DNA of 49,607 bases, taken from positions 1 to 49,607 of the forward strand of contig DASCPJ010000102.1 in the NCBI GenBank assembly GCA_036012445.1. Reading direction: 5' to 3'. The position numbers and the translations under genes were made by a program. Below the pieces are notes generated by a model. It was not told the DNA's origin and searched no databases. It saw only the letters and a program-made list of their open reading frames with translations. Below, in pieces: positions 1 through 10,200 of this stretch (position 1 is the stretch's first letter; each line of letters begins with the position of its first letter). This DNA comes from Candidatus Nitrosopelagicus sp. (GTDB taxonomy: Archaea > Thermoproteota > Nitrososphaeria > Nitrososphaerales > Nitrosopumilaceae).

Positions 1-90
1 GATGCAGGTATGGGTGATGCAGGAAATGATGGTTCTGGTGACGGTGGTGAAGGCGGATTCATGGATGGTGGGTTCGATGTTGGGTTTTAG
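1..90 (+). CDS. 3' end of a CDS truncated by the window edge; Gly/Asp-rich C-terminus (DAGMGDAGNDGSGDGGEGGFMDGGFDVGF*)
   Basis: Frame 1 is open from base 1 to TAG at 88-90; low-complexity G/D tail; T-rich tracts follow. Confidence 0.7.
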   Translation, partial: DAGMGDAGNDGSGDGGEGGFMDGGFDVGF

Positions 91-181
91 CCAAAAAACA
101 GTTAATTTTACTACTTTTTAGCTCTTTTTCTGTCTAAAAATGCCTATTTTTGTATGTTTTTTGACTTGTTTTTAGGCGTAA

Positions 182-1519
182 TTATCGAAGTTTTACGTAT
201 TCGTAAGCTCCAAGTTTGTTGTCAAAACAATATTGTGTTTTTTGGAAATTCTTTCTCAACTCTAAAACATCACTCGCAACTTCCTTTGCATCTTTGTTGT
301 CAATAACCACGTTTTTGATAAGCGAGGCAATTTGCTGCATATCTGATTCTTTCATTCCGAGCCGAGTAACTTCCGAAGATCCGAGCCTAATTCCTCCAGG
401 ATTCATGTAATGCCTTTTGGCCTTGAGATCACCTGGGACAAGCTGCCTATTCACAATGATATTCGCCTTTTCCAAGTCAGCCTCAATCTTGCCACCATCA
501 CCATAATCAAGCACATTTACAACAGCCTGATGGGATTGTGTAAATCCCTTCTTTTCACCCAAAACCTTGAACCCTAAATTATTGAGTTCCTCAGCTAGAG
601 CCTTTGCATTTTTGATGGTTTGCGCCGCAAAGTCTTTTCCGAATTCTAATGCTTCTGCAAAAGTAACAGCCTTTGCCGCCATATGATGAATGTGATGAGA
701 ACTGGTAAGACCTGGAAACGTCGCCTTTTTGATGACCTCGGCGTTTTTCTCAAAAGCCAAAACCAAGCCTCCCTGAGGACCAAATAACGTCTTATGGGTG
801 CTCATTGTCATGGTATCCACACCTTCTCTCAAAGGGTCCTGAAACTCGCCACCTGCTATCAATCCCGCCACATGGGCAGCATCATAATTGATGTGGATAT
901 CATACCCTTTTAGAAAATCAGCCAATTCCTTGACTGGGTGAGGAAACAAGAATACAGAGCCTCCAAACATGGCTATTTTTGGTAGCCTATCTTGGCTCTT
1001 TAGATCTTCAACCTTTGCTTTCGTCTTATCAACATCTAGATTCATTTCCTCACTATCAAAGGCGAAAAACTCAATATCCAAACCATGTACAAGTCCAGCA
1101 GTTCCGGAATGCTCTTTTTTGCCGTGTGAAATGTGACCGCCAGCAGGGATAGATGGTGCAATCATCACATCTCCCGGATTTGAGAAAGCAGAGTAAATGG
1201 CTAGATTTGCAACAACCCCTGAAATTGGTCTTACATCAGCAAACTCAGCCCCAAACAGTTTTTTGGCAAGATTCATGCATTGAATTTCGACTTCATCAAT
1301 GTAGGTACATCCAGCATAGACCCGTTCTCCAGGCCAGCCTTCGGCATATCTATTTCCAAAATCAGATATTATTGCCTCCCTTACGGCTGGGCTAGGCACG
1401 TTTTCACTGGCAATCAGAGGTATCGAATCGTTAAACCATTGATTATGTTTCTCTAAACTCGCGAAAATTCGTTCATAAGCCTCTTTATTTGATGAATCAG
1501 TCATAATATCCACAGTCAT
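182..1519 (-). CDS. glyA: Serine hydroxymethyltransferase (start may be ATG at 1504)
   Basis: LIASEN, YAEGWPGERVY, GGHISHG and STHKTLFGPQGG (PLP lysine) motifs. Confidence 0.97.
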   Translation of the reverse strand: MTVDIMTDSSNKEAYERIFASLEKHNQWFNDSIPLIASENVPSPAVREAIISDFGNRYAEGWPGERVYAGCTYIDEVEIQCMNLAKKLFGAEFADVRPISGVVANLAIYSAFSNPGDVMIAPSIPAGGHISHGKKEHSGTAGLVHGLDIEFFAFDSEEMNLDVDKTKAKVEDLKSQDRLPKIAMFGGSVFLFPHPVKELADFLKGYDIHINYDAAHVAGLIAGGEFQDPLREGVDTMTMSTHKTLFGPQGGLVLAFEKNAEVIKKATFPGLTSSHHIHHMAAKAVTFAEALEFGKDFAAQTIKNAKALAEELNNLGFKVLGEKKGFTQSHQAVVNVLDYGDGGKIEADLEKANIIVNRQLVPGDLKAKRHYMNPGGIRLGSSEVTRLGMKESDMQQIASLIKNVVIDNKDAKEVASDVLELRKNFQKTQYCFDNKLGAYEYVKLR

Positions 1520-1597
1520 CTTCTACATTAAAAAATACCTATCGGATTTGCTCATATGATATAGTATATAAAAAGGGGAAATGGATTCGATCTCATT

Positions 1598-3295
1598 ATG
1601 GCAGTTCAAGCTACACAATCAAACATGCCAGTTGTAATACTAAAAGACGGTGCATCACAAAGCAAAGGGCTAGAAGCACAGAAGAACAATATTTCAGCAG
1701 CTAAAATTATCGCTGAAATTGTACGTACAAGTCTGGGTCCAAGAGGAATGGATAAGATGCTTGTTGACTCATTGGGTGATGTAACAATAACAAACGATGG
1801 CGCTACTATTCTCAAAGAAATTGATGTTCAACATCCAGCAGCTAAGATGTTGGTTGAAATTTCAAAAACAACAGATAATGAAGTAGGTGATGGCACTACA
1901 TCTGCAGTAGTTTTAGCCGGTTCGTTATTAGAACAAGCTGAATCACTTTTGCTACAGGAAGTTCACCCAACCATAATTGTAGATGGTTATAGAAAGGCAG
2001 CTGTAAAAGCAAAACAATACCTAAAGGATATTGCAGAACAAGTTACTGCTAACGACAAATCAATCTTATCAAAAATTGCAAATACATCAATGCAAACAAA
2101 ATTGGTAAAAAGAGACTCCTCCCAATTATCCGACATGGTTGTAAGATCTATTACCGCTGTTGCAGAAAAACAAGGTGAAGATTATACTGTAGATATTGAT
2201 GATATCAAAGTAGAAAAGAAGGCTGGCGGCTCTATCTCAGATTCGACAATTATTCAAGGTATCGTGCTGGACAAAGAAGTTGTCCATTCTGGAATGCCAA
2301 AAAAGATAACTGAAGCAAAAATTGCTCTCATTAACGCTGCATTAGAAATCGAAAAAACAGAAACTGATGCTAAGATAAACATCTCAAACCCACAACAAAT
2401 GAAATCATTCCTTGACGAAGAAAATAAGATGTTAAAAAATATGGTTGACAAAGTTGTAGGTTCCGGTGCAACTGTTGTATTTTGCCAAAAGGGAGTTGAT
2501 GATATGGCTCAGCATTATTTAGCAAAAGCAGGAATTCTTGCTGTTAGAAGAGTAAAAGAAAGTGACTTGACAAAACTATCAAAAGCTACTGGCGGTAGAA
2601 TAGTATCAAGTTTTGATGATTTATTTGAAAAGGATTTAGGAACAGCTGGATTAGTTGAAGAGCGAAAAATCGAAGAGGATAGATGGGTATTCATCGAGGG
2701 ATGCAAACATCCAAAATCTGTAACTCTTCTGTTAAGAGCTGGTTCACAAAGAGTTGTTGACGAAGTTGAAAGATCTGTTCACGACGCACTTATGGTAGTA
2801 AAGGACGTTATGGAATTACCATCAATAGTAGCAGGTGGCGGTGCACCTGAAACATATGCTGCAACCAAGATTAGAAATTGGGCAAAATCACTTGAAGGCC
2901 GTGAGCAACTAGCTGCGGAAAAATTTGCAGACGGCTTAGAATCTATCGCACTTTCACTTAGTGAAAATGCAGGAATGGACCCAATTGATACTTTAGCTTC
3001 ACTTCGTTCAAGGCAATTAAAAGGCGACAAATGGACCGGAATTGATGTCATAAAAGGCAAGGTTCTCAATATGAAAACCGGCGATGTTGTAGAACCTTTG
3101 GCTGTTAAAAATCAAATAATTTCAGCTGCAACTGAAGCAGCATGTATGCTTTTACGTATTGATGATGTAATTGCAACCGCAAAATCTGCAGGACCCCCAC
3201 CAGGCGCTGAAGGTGGTGGAATGCCACCAGGAATGGGTGGAATGGGTGGAATGCCACCAGGAATGGGTATGCCAGATATGGGCGGAATGATGTAA
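1598..3295 (+). CDS. ths: Thermosome (group II chaperonin) subunit
   Basis: [18 protein letters not shown] and GDGTTS motifs; GGM-rich C-terminal tail. Confidence 0.97.
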   Translation: MAVQATQSNMPVVILKDGASQSKGLEAQKNNISAAKIIAEIVRTSLGPRGMDKMLVDSLGDVTITNDGATILKEIDVQHPAAKMLVEISKTTDNEVGDGTTSAVVLAGSLLEQAESLLLQEVHPTIIVDGYRKAAVKAKQYLKDIAEQVTANDKSILSKIANTSMQTKLVKRDSSQLSDMVVRSITAVAEKQGEDYTVDIDDIKVEKKAGGSISDSTIIQGIVLDKEVVHSGMPKKITEAKIALINAALEIEKTETDAKINISNPQQMKSFLDEENKMLKNMVDKVVGSGATVVFCQKGVDDMAQHYLAKAGILAVRRVKESDLTKLSKATGGRIVSSFDDLFEKDLGTAGLVEERKIEEDRWVFIEGCKHPKSVTLLLRAGSQRVVDEVERSVHDALMVVKDVMELPSIVAGGGAPETYAATKIRNWAKSLEGREQLAAEKFADGLESIALSLSENAGMDPIDTLASLRSRQLKGDKWTGIDVIKGKVLNMKTGDVVEPLAVKNQIISAATEAACMLLRIDDVIATAKSAGPPPGAEGGGMPPGMGGMGGMPPGMGMPDMGGMM

Positions 3296-3369
3296 AATTC
3301 GTGTCTAATCCCATAAATCAAGTATTTCTAAAAACGTAGTAACTCATTTTCACCATTCTGAAATCTTAT

Positions 3370-3387
3370 ACACATTCTAGAATGTGT
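3370..3387. promoter_or_regulatory. Perfect 18-bp palindrome ACACATTCTAGAATGTGT in an intergenic region
   Basis: Sequence equals its own reverse complement; function inferred only. Confidence 0.4.
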
Positions 3388-3444
3388 TGCAGAAACGTCT
3401 AAAAATTGCATTTTGTGCGTAAGAAATGACTTTTAATCTTTCAA

Positions 3445-3543
3445 TGATTTTAGAAGTGGTAAAAACAGCCCTCTAGGCACAACATACGCTTTAAGGGAGC
3501 GTATGTATAGGAGTATTCTATAAGCCACTTCGGTTCAAAATCA
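3445..3543. ncRNA. Candidate structured RNA (predicted four-way junction)
   Basis: Nested pairings TGATTTT/AAAATCA and GAAGTGGT/GCCACTTC enclose hairpins GCC/GGC, CATACGCT/AGCGTATG and TATAG/CTATA; no convincing ORF. Confidence 0.4.
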
Positions 3544-3638
3544 CCATTTTACGCCTGCTACTTCAACATCTTGTGGTTTTAAAATAACAAAAACTTTAGA
3601 TGGTAATTTCTAATAACCATCGATGATGTGGGATTTAG

Positions 3639-4076
3639 ATGACTAAATGGAAACGTATGAGAAGACGACAGGAACGAAAAAGAATGCAGGAAGAGGAACG
3701 AAAACAACCTACTGAACAAGAACCAACACTTGTGGAGGAAACACCTGAGAACGTTCAAACTTTCCCAAAAAACGAAAGCATAGAGGCCGTAACCAATACT
3801 CCAAAATTCGTTATTTCAGGTGTAAAATACATCTACTTGATAGTATGTTTTGCTCTATTATCTGGAATCTTTTATCCTTTAGTTACTGGTGACGGATGGG
3901 AACTGTCACTAAAAGGCATCGGTGTTTTAGCTGTTGGGCTTTTTGGAGGAATATTACTATACAAATCAATAACGTCAGAAAAAAGGCGCGGTGTGTTGGT
4001 GTGTTGTGGATTTGGGCTAATCGCAGTTAGTTTGATAATTATATACGAACTTATTGGCTCGCCACTATACCAATAA
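3639..4076 (+). CDS. Hypothetical membrane protein (basic/charged N-terminus, 3 predicted TM helices)
   Basis: 145-aa ORF with three hydrophobic segments in the C-terminal half. Confidence 0.75.
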   Translation: MTKWKRMRRRQERKRMQEEERKQPTEQEPTLVEETPENVQTFPKNESIEAVTNTPKFVISGVKYIYLIVCFALLSGIFYPLVTGDGWELSLKGIGVLAVGLFGGILLYKSITSEKRRGVLVCCGFGLIAVSLIIIYELIGSPLYQ

Positions 4077-4077
4077 A

Positions 4078-5538
4078 TCACACATCAAAGTAAAGATAAA
4101 ACTCGTGTGGGTGCGGTCTAATCGAAATTTCTTTTTGGTCTCGACGCTCCAAGTCTATTATTCTATTAATGACTTTAGGAGAAAAAATCGACTCGAGGAA
4201 TTTTTTATCACTTTCAAGCTCATCAAGAGCTTCACCCAAATTTGCCGGCAGAACATCAATTCCATGTTTTGTTCGTTCTGATTTCGACATCTTGTAAATA
4301 TCTGCTTTGATCGGATCTCCAGGCTCTGTTTTATTTTTAATTCCATCCAAACCAGCTGCTAGCACAGCAGGGAAAACAAGATAAGGATTTGATGATGGAT
4401 CAGGAACTCTATACTCTAATCTTTTAAGATACGAATATTTTTCACCTTTAAAATGTGCGGGAATTCTGATGGTGGCAGATCTATTACCTGTACTCCAAGC
4501 AATATAGACCGGTGCTTCATATCCAGGAACTAATCTGTGATAAGAATTGGTTGTAGGATTTGTAATTGCTGTTAATGCCCTGGCATGGTTAATCACTCCA
4601 CCACAAAAATAACGGCCTGTTTGGCTAAGCTCATCCTTATCATCTACATCAAAAAATGCATTTTCTTTATTTTTCCACAAACTTACATTGGTGTGCATTC
4701 CAGAACCGGAATCCATTGAAATTGGTTTTGGCATCATTGTAGCAATTTTGCCAAATTGTTGTGCAACATTACGTACAACATATTTGTAAGTTTGAGCGCC
4801 ATCTGCGGCGTTTGTAAGGAAATCATATTTGATATCAATCTCACATTGTCCAGCTGTGGCAACTTCGTGATGATGATTATCACAAATTATTCCAAAATTA
4901 TCATTTAGTACACTCACACACTCATTTCTGTAAGGTGTTAAAGTATCAGATGGAGTACTTGGGTAATATCCTTCTTGAAGACCCATAGGATATCCATTAC
5001 CATCTTGATTCCATGGGGCTTCCTTCGATTCAATAGAGTATGATTGTCCCTTGTATGGTGTTAAAACATCCCAATGAATTTTATCAAACACAAAAAATTC
5101 TACTTCTGGTCCCCACAAACTATAATCAAATCCTTGTGTCTCGAGGAATTTTTCTGCGTTTTGACTAATCCCTCTGGGGTCATACTCCAACCTACCTCTA
5201 TCTCCTCCCCAATAAACATCACAAAGTAGTCGTGCTGTTTTCTTATCAGATGCCCAAGGTATGAGAGAGTATGTAGAAGGGTCTGGTTTCAGAATAAGAT
5301 CAGAATCCTCTATTGAAGCAAATCCGACAATTGATGAACCATCTAGTTTTGGCAGACCATCTGCCATTTGGTCTTGGGTAAAGGTATTGGCTGAAATTGT
5401 AGTATGGTGGAATCGGCCAGTGAGTCCAGTAAACTGTAAATCAATAAAAGAAACCTCATCCTGATTGATTTTTGCAAAAACTTCCTCAGGAGAATATTTG
5501 ACATGAGTTGCTTTTCCCCCTATCATTTTATATGGCAT
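4078..5538 (-). CDS. glnA: Glutamine synthetase type I
   Basis: DGSSI, GPEVEFF, HHHEVATAGQCEI, MPKP...GSGMH, RLVPGYEAP and RLEYRVPD motifs. Confidence 0.97.
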   Translation of the reverse strand: MPYKMIGGKATHVKYSPEEVFAKINQDEVSFIDLQFTGLTGRFHHTTISANTFTQDQMADGLPKLDGSSIVGFASIEDSDLILKPDPSTYSLIPWASDKKTARLLCDVYWGGDRGRLEYDPRGISQNAEKFLETQGFDYSLWGPEVEFFVFDKIHWDVLTPYKGQSYSIESKEAPWNQDGNGYPMGLQEGYYPSTPSDTLTPYRNECVSVLNDNFGIICDNHHHEVATAGQCEIDIKYDFLTNAADGAQTYKYVVRNVAQQFGKIATMMPKPISMDSGSGMHTNVSLWKNKENAFFDVDDKDELSQTGRYFCGGVINHARALTAITNPTTNSYHRLVPGYEAPVYIAWSTGNRSATIRIPAHFKGEKYSYLKRLEYRVPDPSSNPYLVFPAVLAAGLDGIKNKTEPGDPIKADIYKMSKSERTKHGIDVLPANLGEALDELESDKKFLESIFSPKVINRIIDLERRDQKEISIRPHPHEFYLYFDV

Positions 5539-5598
5539 TTACTTATCTATCAGCTAACACAATGAATCCAACATTTAAGGATTATTAGGAGAAAACAG

Positions 5599-6156
5599 AT
5601 GTCTGAACAAAACCAAATTAATGTGAACTCTCTTCATTCAATTGTATTACAGGAATATGAAAACACGTCAATTCAAAAAATTGACTCGACTCTTTACAGT
5701 TCTGTTTCAAGATTAATTGGAAACCTAAAAAGTCAAGAATATGATGGTCATGAAGCGAAAATCAAGACAGCCTTGGTTGATATGCTCACCGAACTAACTT
5801 CATCTCTTCTTAAAACACGGTTAGAAAAAGCAATTTTAAACAACACAGATCATTCTGCATTGTTAGATGAAGAAAAATACATTCTGAACTCTCAGGAAGA
5901 AATGATAGAAAGAAAGGAGGTAATTCTTTCTGGAATTCTTAATGGAAAAGCCAAATTATTAGAGTCAATTGTACAAAATAATAAAACAAAGCTAATTGCA
6001 GTACGTTTTCTTGAGGAAGTAGAAGAAATATCTGGTGCAGATGCAAAAAAATATGGCCCTTACAAACCAGAAGATATAGCAACATTACCATACGAAAACG
6101 CTCAAAATTTAATATCAAAAAATTCTGCTGTAAAAATTCATTGGGAAAACCAATAG
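5599..6156 (+). CDS. DNA replication complex GINS family protein (Gins51-like)
   Basis: Helical A-domain followed by a B-domain with VRFL...GADAKKYGPYKPEDIATLPYENA. Confidence 0.85.
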   Translation: MSEQNQINVNSLHSIVLQEYENTSIQKIDSTLYSSVSRLIGNLKSQEYDGHEAKIKTALVDMLTELTSSLLKTRLEKAILNNTDHSALLDEEKYILNSQEEMIERKEVILSGILNGKAKLLESIVQNNKTKLIAVRFLEEVEEISGADAKKYGPYKPEDIATLPYENAQNLISKNSAVKIHWENQ

Positions 6157-6185
6157 AAATTATAATCGATAAACATAGAACCAAT

Positions 6186-6461
6186 ATGTCACACATCGAC
6201 GTAGATATCTTTGAATTTTTGATACTTACAATTATTCCAGTCGGGGCACTTTTCATCATTGAAATAATTTTTCGACTCAGAAAATCTACATCATGGTTAA
6301 AACTAACAATTCAAGGAATTACTATGGTTATTTTTGGTGTTGGATATTTGACTTTGATTACTCCGCACGTACTAACTGCATTATGTTTACTTGCATTATC
6401 AGGCGCCTTATTTTATCAAGCCAGACGTGCAAAAATCAATCCAAAAAAGTCACTTTATTAA
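6186..6461 (+). CDS. Small hypothetical membrane protein (3 TM)
   Basis: ATG at 6186 avoids overlap with GINS; hydrophobic segments. Confidence 0.7.
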   Translation: MSHIDVDIFEFLILTIIPVGALFIIEIIFRLRKSTSWLKLTIQGITMVIFGVGYLTLITPHVLTALCLLALSGALFYQARRAKINPKKSLY

Positions 6462-6689
6462 TCAACCAAATCTTCCTAGCATTTTTCTAAACGCATTCTT
6501 TCTTCCAGTTCCACCATCACGAATAACTTTACCTTTTTCACCAAATCTTTTTGCTCTTATTTGAGAAAGCTTCACACACCTATGATCCTCTGGTAGTCTA
6601 TGTTCAGAACAAAATGGATCTTTGCAGTAATTACATTCAAATGGCATGTCAGTAATATCGCCACAGTATGCACATTTTTCTCTAAGCAT
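6462..6689 (-). CDS. AN1-type zinc finger protein
   Basis: C-x2-C-x9-C-x2-C-x4-C-x2-H-x5-H-x-C pattern (CAYC...CNYC...FCSEHRLPEDHRC). Confidence 0.9.
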   Translation of the reverse strand: MLREKCAYCGDITDMPFECNYCKDPFCSEHRLPEDHRCVKLSQIRAKRFGEKGKVIRDGGTGRKNAFRKMLGRFG

Positions 6690-6690
6690 T

Positions 6691-7182
6691 TTACTCGGTC
6701 ACCAATTGTTTGTCCTTAACGTATTTTACAAAACTACTCCAATCCACCTTCATGTATTTTATAGGATCTTTTAATGGATATTTTACCCAATCTTGTACAA
6801 TTGAAAACTGATATTTTTTACTTTGTTCATCTTCAAGAATTTCCAACAATAATACACTTCCCCACACTTTTTCCTTTACACCAATATCTAAAATATTATT
6901 AAAACTAACCTCCTGATTTTTTTTATTTTCTAAATCTGTTCTAAGATGTTCTTCCGTGTAACCATCAATCATAACCATAACATCTTTGTTTTGGATAAAT
7001 TTTACAACTTGGCGTTGTGTATTGGCACCCCACCACTTCATTTTTGATTCGGTTTTTTTAATAAACATGAGATGCTTATCGGTTAAAATTAACATAATCT
7101 CAGCTCCACGCCCACTAAAAAACTCTCTAGATTCTTTCCAAACTGAAAGAATATGAGCCTGTATTTTTTCTCCTTCTTCCAT
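6691..7182 (-). CDS. Hypothetical protein, possible PH-like/GRAM fold
   Basis: Start at ATG 7182 (MEEGEK); LILTDKHLMF resembles the LxLTxxRLxF strand of PH-like domains. Confidence 0.7.
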   Translation of the reverse strand: MEEGEKIQAHILSVWKESREFFSGRGAEIMLILTDKHLMFIKKTESKMKWWGANTQRQVVKFIQNKDVMVMIDGYTEEHLRTDLENKKNQEVSFNNILDIGVKEKVWGSVLLLEILEDEQSKKYQFSIVQDWVKYPLKDPIKYMKVDWSSFVKYVKDKQLVTE

Positions 7183-7256
7183 AGTTAGAAATAATTCTGA
7201 CTTGATAAAAACTAATCCTGTAATGGCTTTTATTAAAGTAGAAAAAACCACGTAAT

Positions 7257-10200
7257 GTGAATTTGAAAGTATTACTAGCGTTTGCAATAGTATCTGCACT
7301 AATACTTCCAATAGCAGCATCAGGTCAAGTTGAGTCTCAAGAACTTGATCAATCTCAATCATCCAATTGGGATGATCGTGAAGAACTGAAATTATTACGT
7401 GTTATAGGAGGACCTGACTCAGAACTATTTTCAGAACCTACAGATATTGCGGTAGGTGAATCTGGAAATATTTACGTTGCAGATTATGGAAACAAAAGAA
7501 TTCAGATACTAAACCCTCTTGGGCAACTTGTACAAACAATAGAACTGAAAGGGTCTCCACATGGTATAACTTTGGACAAGAATGAAAATATCTATGTCAC
7601 GGAGTGGTGGGATTTTATAGGTATTGAAAAGTTTACAAAAACTGGTGAACCTGCAACTGATTTTCAGATAGAAGATCAAAGTGTTTTTGGGCTCCCATCA
7701 GATATAGTAATTGATCCAGACGGAATATTATACGTATTAGAGCACCGAAATCTTGACATTGATTATGGAGAAAATGCAGGAGTTCATAAAATAGATACGG
7801 ATGGAAGTTACATAGAGTTTATCCCAATTCCTGAAACAGCAATAACTGATAAATCAAAATTTTCGTTAATGGTGATGGACCATGAGGGTTGGCTATACAT
7901 AGTAGACCAGTCAGGTGATAATATTATACTATTAGACAGTACAAACGGTAATGGAAGACCACTGGCCTTAATCTATTTCCAAACCCCTACATCTATAGCA
8001 ATTAATCCTGACGGCTATTTTTTCATATCTGATCAAAGATATGAAAATAATAAAAGATCAATTCATATTTTTGATGAGTACTATTTACCGATTAGAACAA
8101 TAGGCGATGCAGGGAAAGAAGAAGGAAAAATTTGGGGTATACATGGATTAGAGTTTGATAAAGATGGTAACATGTATCTTCTTGATTTTGAGCAAAATAA
8201 AATTCAAGTATTTCATATAGCTCCTAAAGTGTTTGGACCACTATTTTATGAAGAAACAGAGAAAGTTACTCCGGTAGCTCCATCATACTCTCCATCTGGC
8301 GATGATTTGGTAGCTGTTCTTAATACAGGTAGTGGACAAATTGTAATAGAATTCTTCGATGAAGACGCTCCAAAACATGTAGAAAATTTTATAGCTTTAG
8401 CTGAAAATGATTGGTATGAAACCACACTTTTTCATCGTATCATTAAAGATTTTATGATTCAAGGTGGTGATCCAAATACTAAACCAGAGCCTGGAAATAC
8501 TTCAGAAAAATGGGGCACTGGAGATCCTGGATATAGTATAGATGCTGAATTCAATAGTATAAAACATGAAAGAGGTATTGTTTCGATGGCACGATCAAGC
8601 GATCCCAATAGTGCCGGTTCACAGTTTTTTATAGTTCATAAAGACTCCACACATCTCGATGAGCAATATACTGTGTTTGGTAGATTAATCACATCAGAAA
8701 GTTATGAAATATTAGATAAAATAGCAAATCTGCAAGTAAATTCTAGGAACCAACCATATGAAGGTGCTATGCAACAAGCGGTACTTTTTGATGTTAAGAT
8801 TGTTTCAAGGTCATCTATAGAAAACGTACTAACTATGGATCCACCAAATAGAATACTTGGATTTACACCAGACCACAAATACATTGATGAAGAATTAAAT
8901 TTTTCTGTAACTTCTCCTGTGGGTTGGGGTATAATTAAACCCGCCAAATTTGACGACAACAGTCCAATTTACCTTGCTTCAGGTCCAAGTAAGGACGGAG
9001 TAAAACCACAAATCTACATGAATAGTAAACAGTTAGGCGAAGATGGTTTCAAGGATTTTATAGATAAACGCATAACAACATTTCACAAACTCCATGATGA
9101 AGGAAAACTAGACTTGGAAACAGAGAATCTGACGGAATTTATGGGAGGGCATGCATATGTAGTTACCTTGAAACAATACATAAACAAAGATCTTGTAGGT
9201 AACGAACCATACCAAGCACAATTAAAGCAATTTATTTTCGCCACCTCAACCACCGTTTACGGAATTACATATGTAAACCTTGAAAGTAATTATCCTGATC
9301 ATTTAGATTTACTAAATGAGTTCAGATATTCCTTTCTGGTAGAAGGTGAAACGATGCAGACTCTGGGTGGAGTAGTTATAGGAGACAGTAATTTTGATGG
9401 TAAATATTACAACAACGAAGAAAAACAGTTTAGATTTGAGGTACCATATAGATGGGAACCTTTGACTGTAAAAACTGGAGTAGGTGATGATGGTGTTGGG
9501 TATTACAGACTATCATTAGAACCCAATGCATTACATGTAAATTATTTCAAAGATGGAGTTCAAGCGCGATATATGATAAACATTTACGAGACTACTGACC
9601 ACGCTTTTACTGAGCATACAACACAGATGAAGAATATTTATCATGGTTATGAAAATGAAGGCAAACTAAGTTTGGCAGATGAATATATGGGTATGACAGC
9701 AGACGGTCATCCAGTATATTTTGTTGAATATCTTGAACCTTATTACATAGCTGAAGATGAATATATTCCCATTCATACAAGAGAAGTAACCTTTGCAAAC
9801 GCTGACTTTCTATACAAAATCACCTATACAAACCATGAAAATAATTTCACACGGGAAATCAGTTCATACAATTACCTGCTTGAAAACTTCAAATTTAATT
9901 TTGACGGAAAAATGAAATCTGTTGATTGGGGTCCAAATATTATAAAATATAATCCGGTGGATGACCGAGACCCATCAGAAAGAGGTGGTGGATGTTTAAT
10001 TGCAACAGCAGCTTTTGGTTCTGAGATGTCACCACAAGTTCAGTTCCTAAGGGAGATTCGTGATAATACTGTACTTCAAACAGAATCCGGTACATTATTC
10101 ATGGCTGGATTTAACCAGTTTTACTATTCATTTTCGCCAATAATAGCTGATTATGAAAGGGAAAATCCTGTGTTTAAGGAGGCTGTCAAATTGACATTAA

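Noticed and set aside
3215-3268. Direct repeat GGTGGAATGCCACCAGGAATGGGT with a 30-bp period
   Set aside because: Encodes the ordinary GGM/PPGM tail of chaperonins
3445-3543. Considered as a tRNA or as a TPP, SAM, FMN or fluoride riboswitch
   Set aside because: Lacks tRNA invariants and the consensus words of those riboswitches
3296-3638. Replication origin in the long intergenic gap
   Set aside because: No ORB-like repeats with G-strings and no adjacent cdc6/orc1 gene
7183-7362. N-terminal extension of the 6691-7362 ORF (likewise the extensions from 13397, 26437, 31584 and 46112)
   Set aside because: The extensions overlap neighbouring genes or promoter regions; downstream starts fit the protein families better
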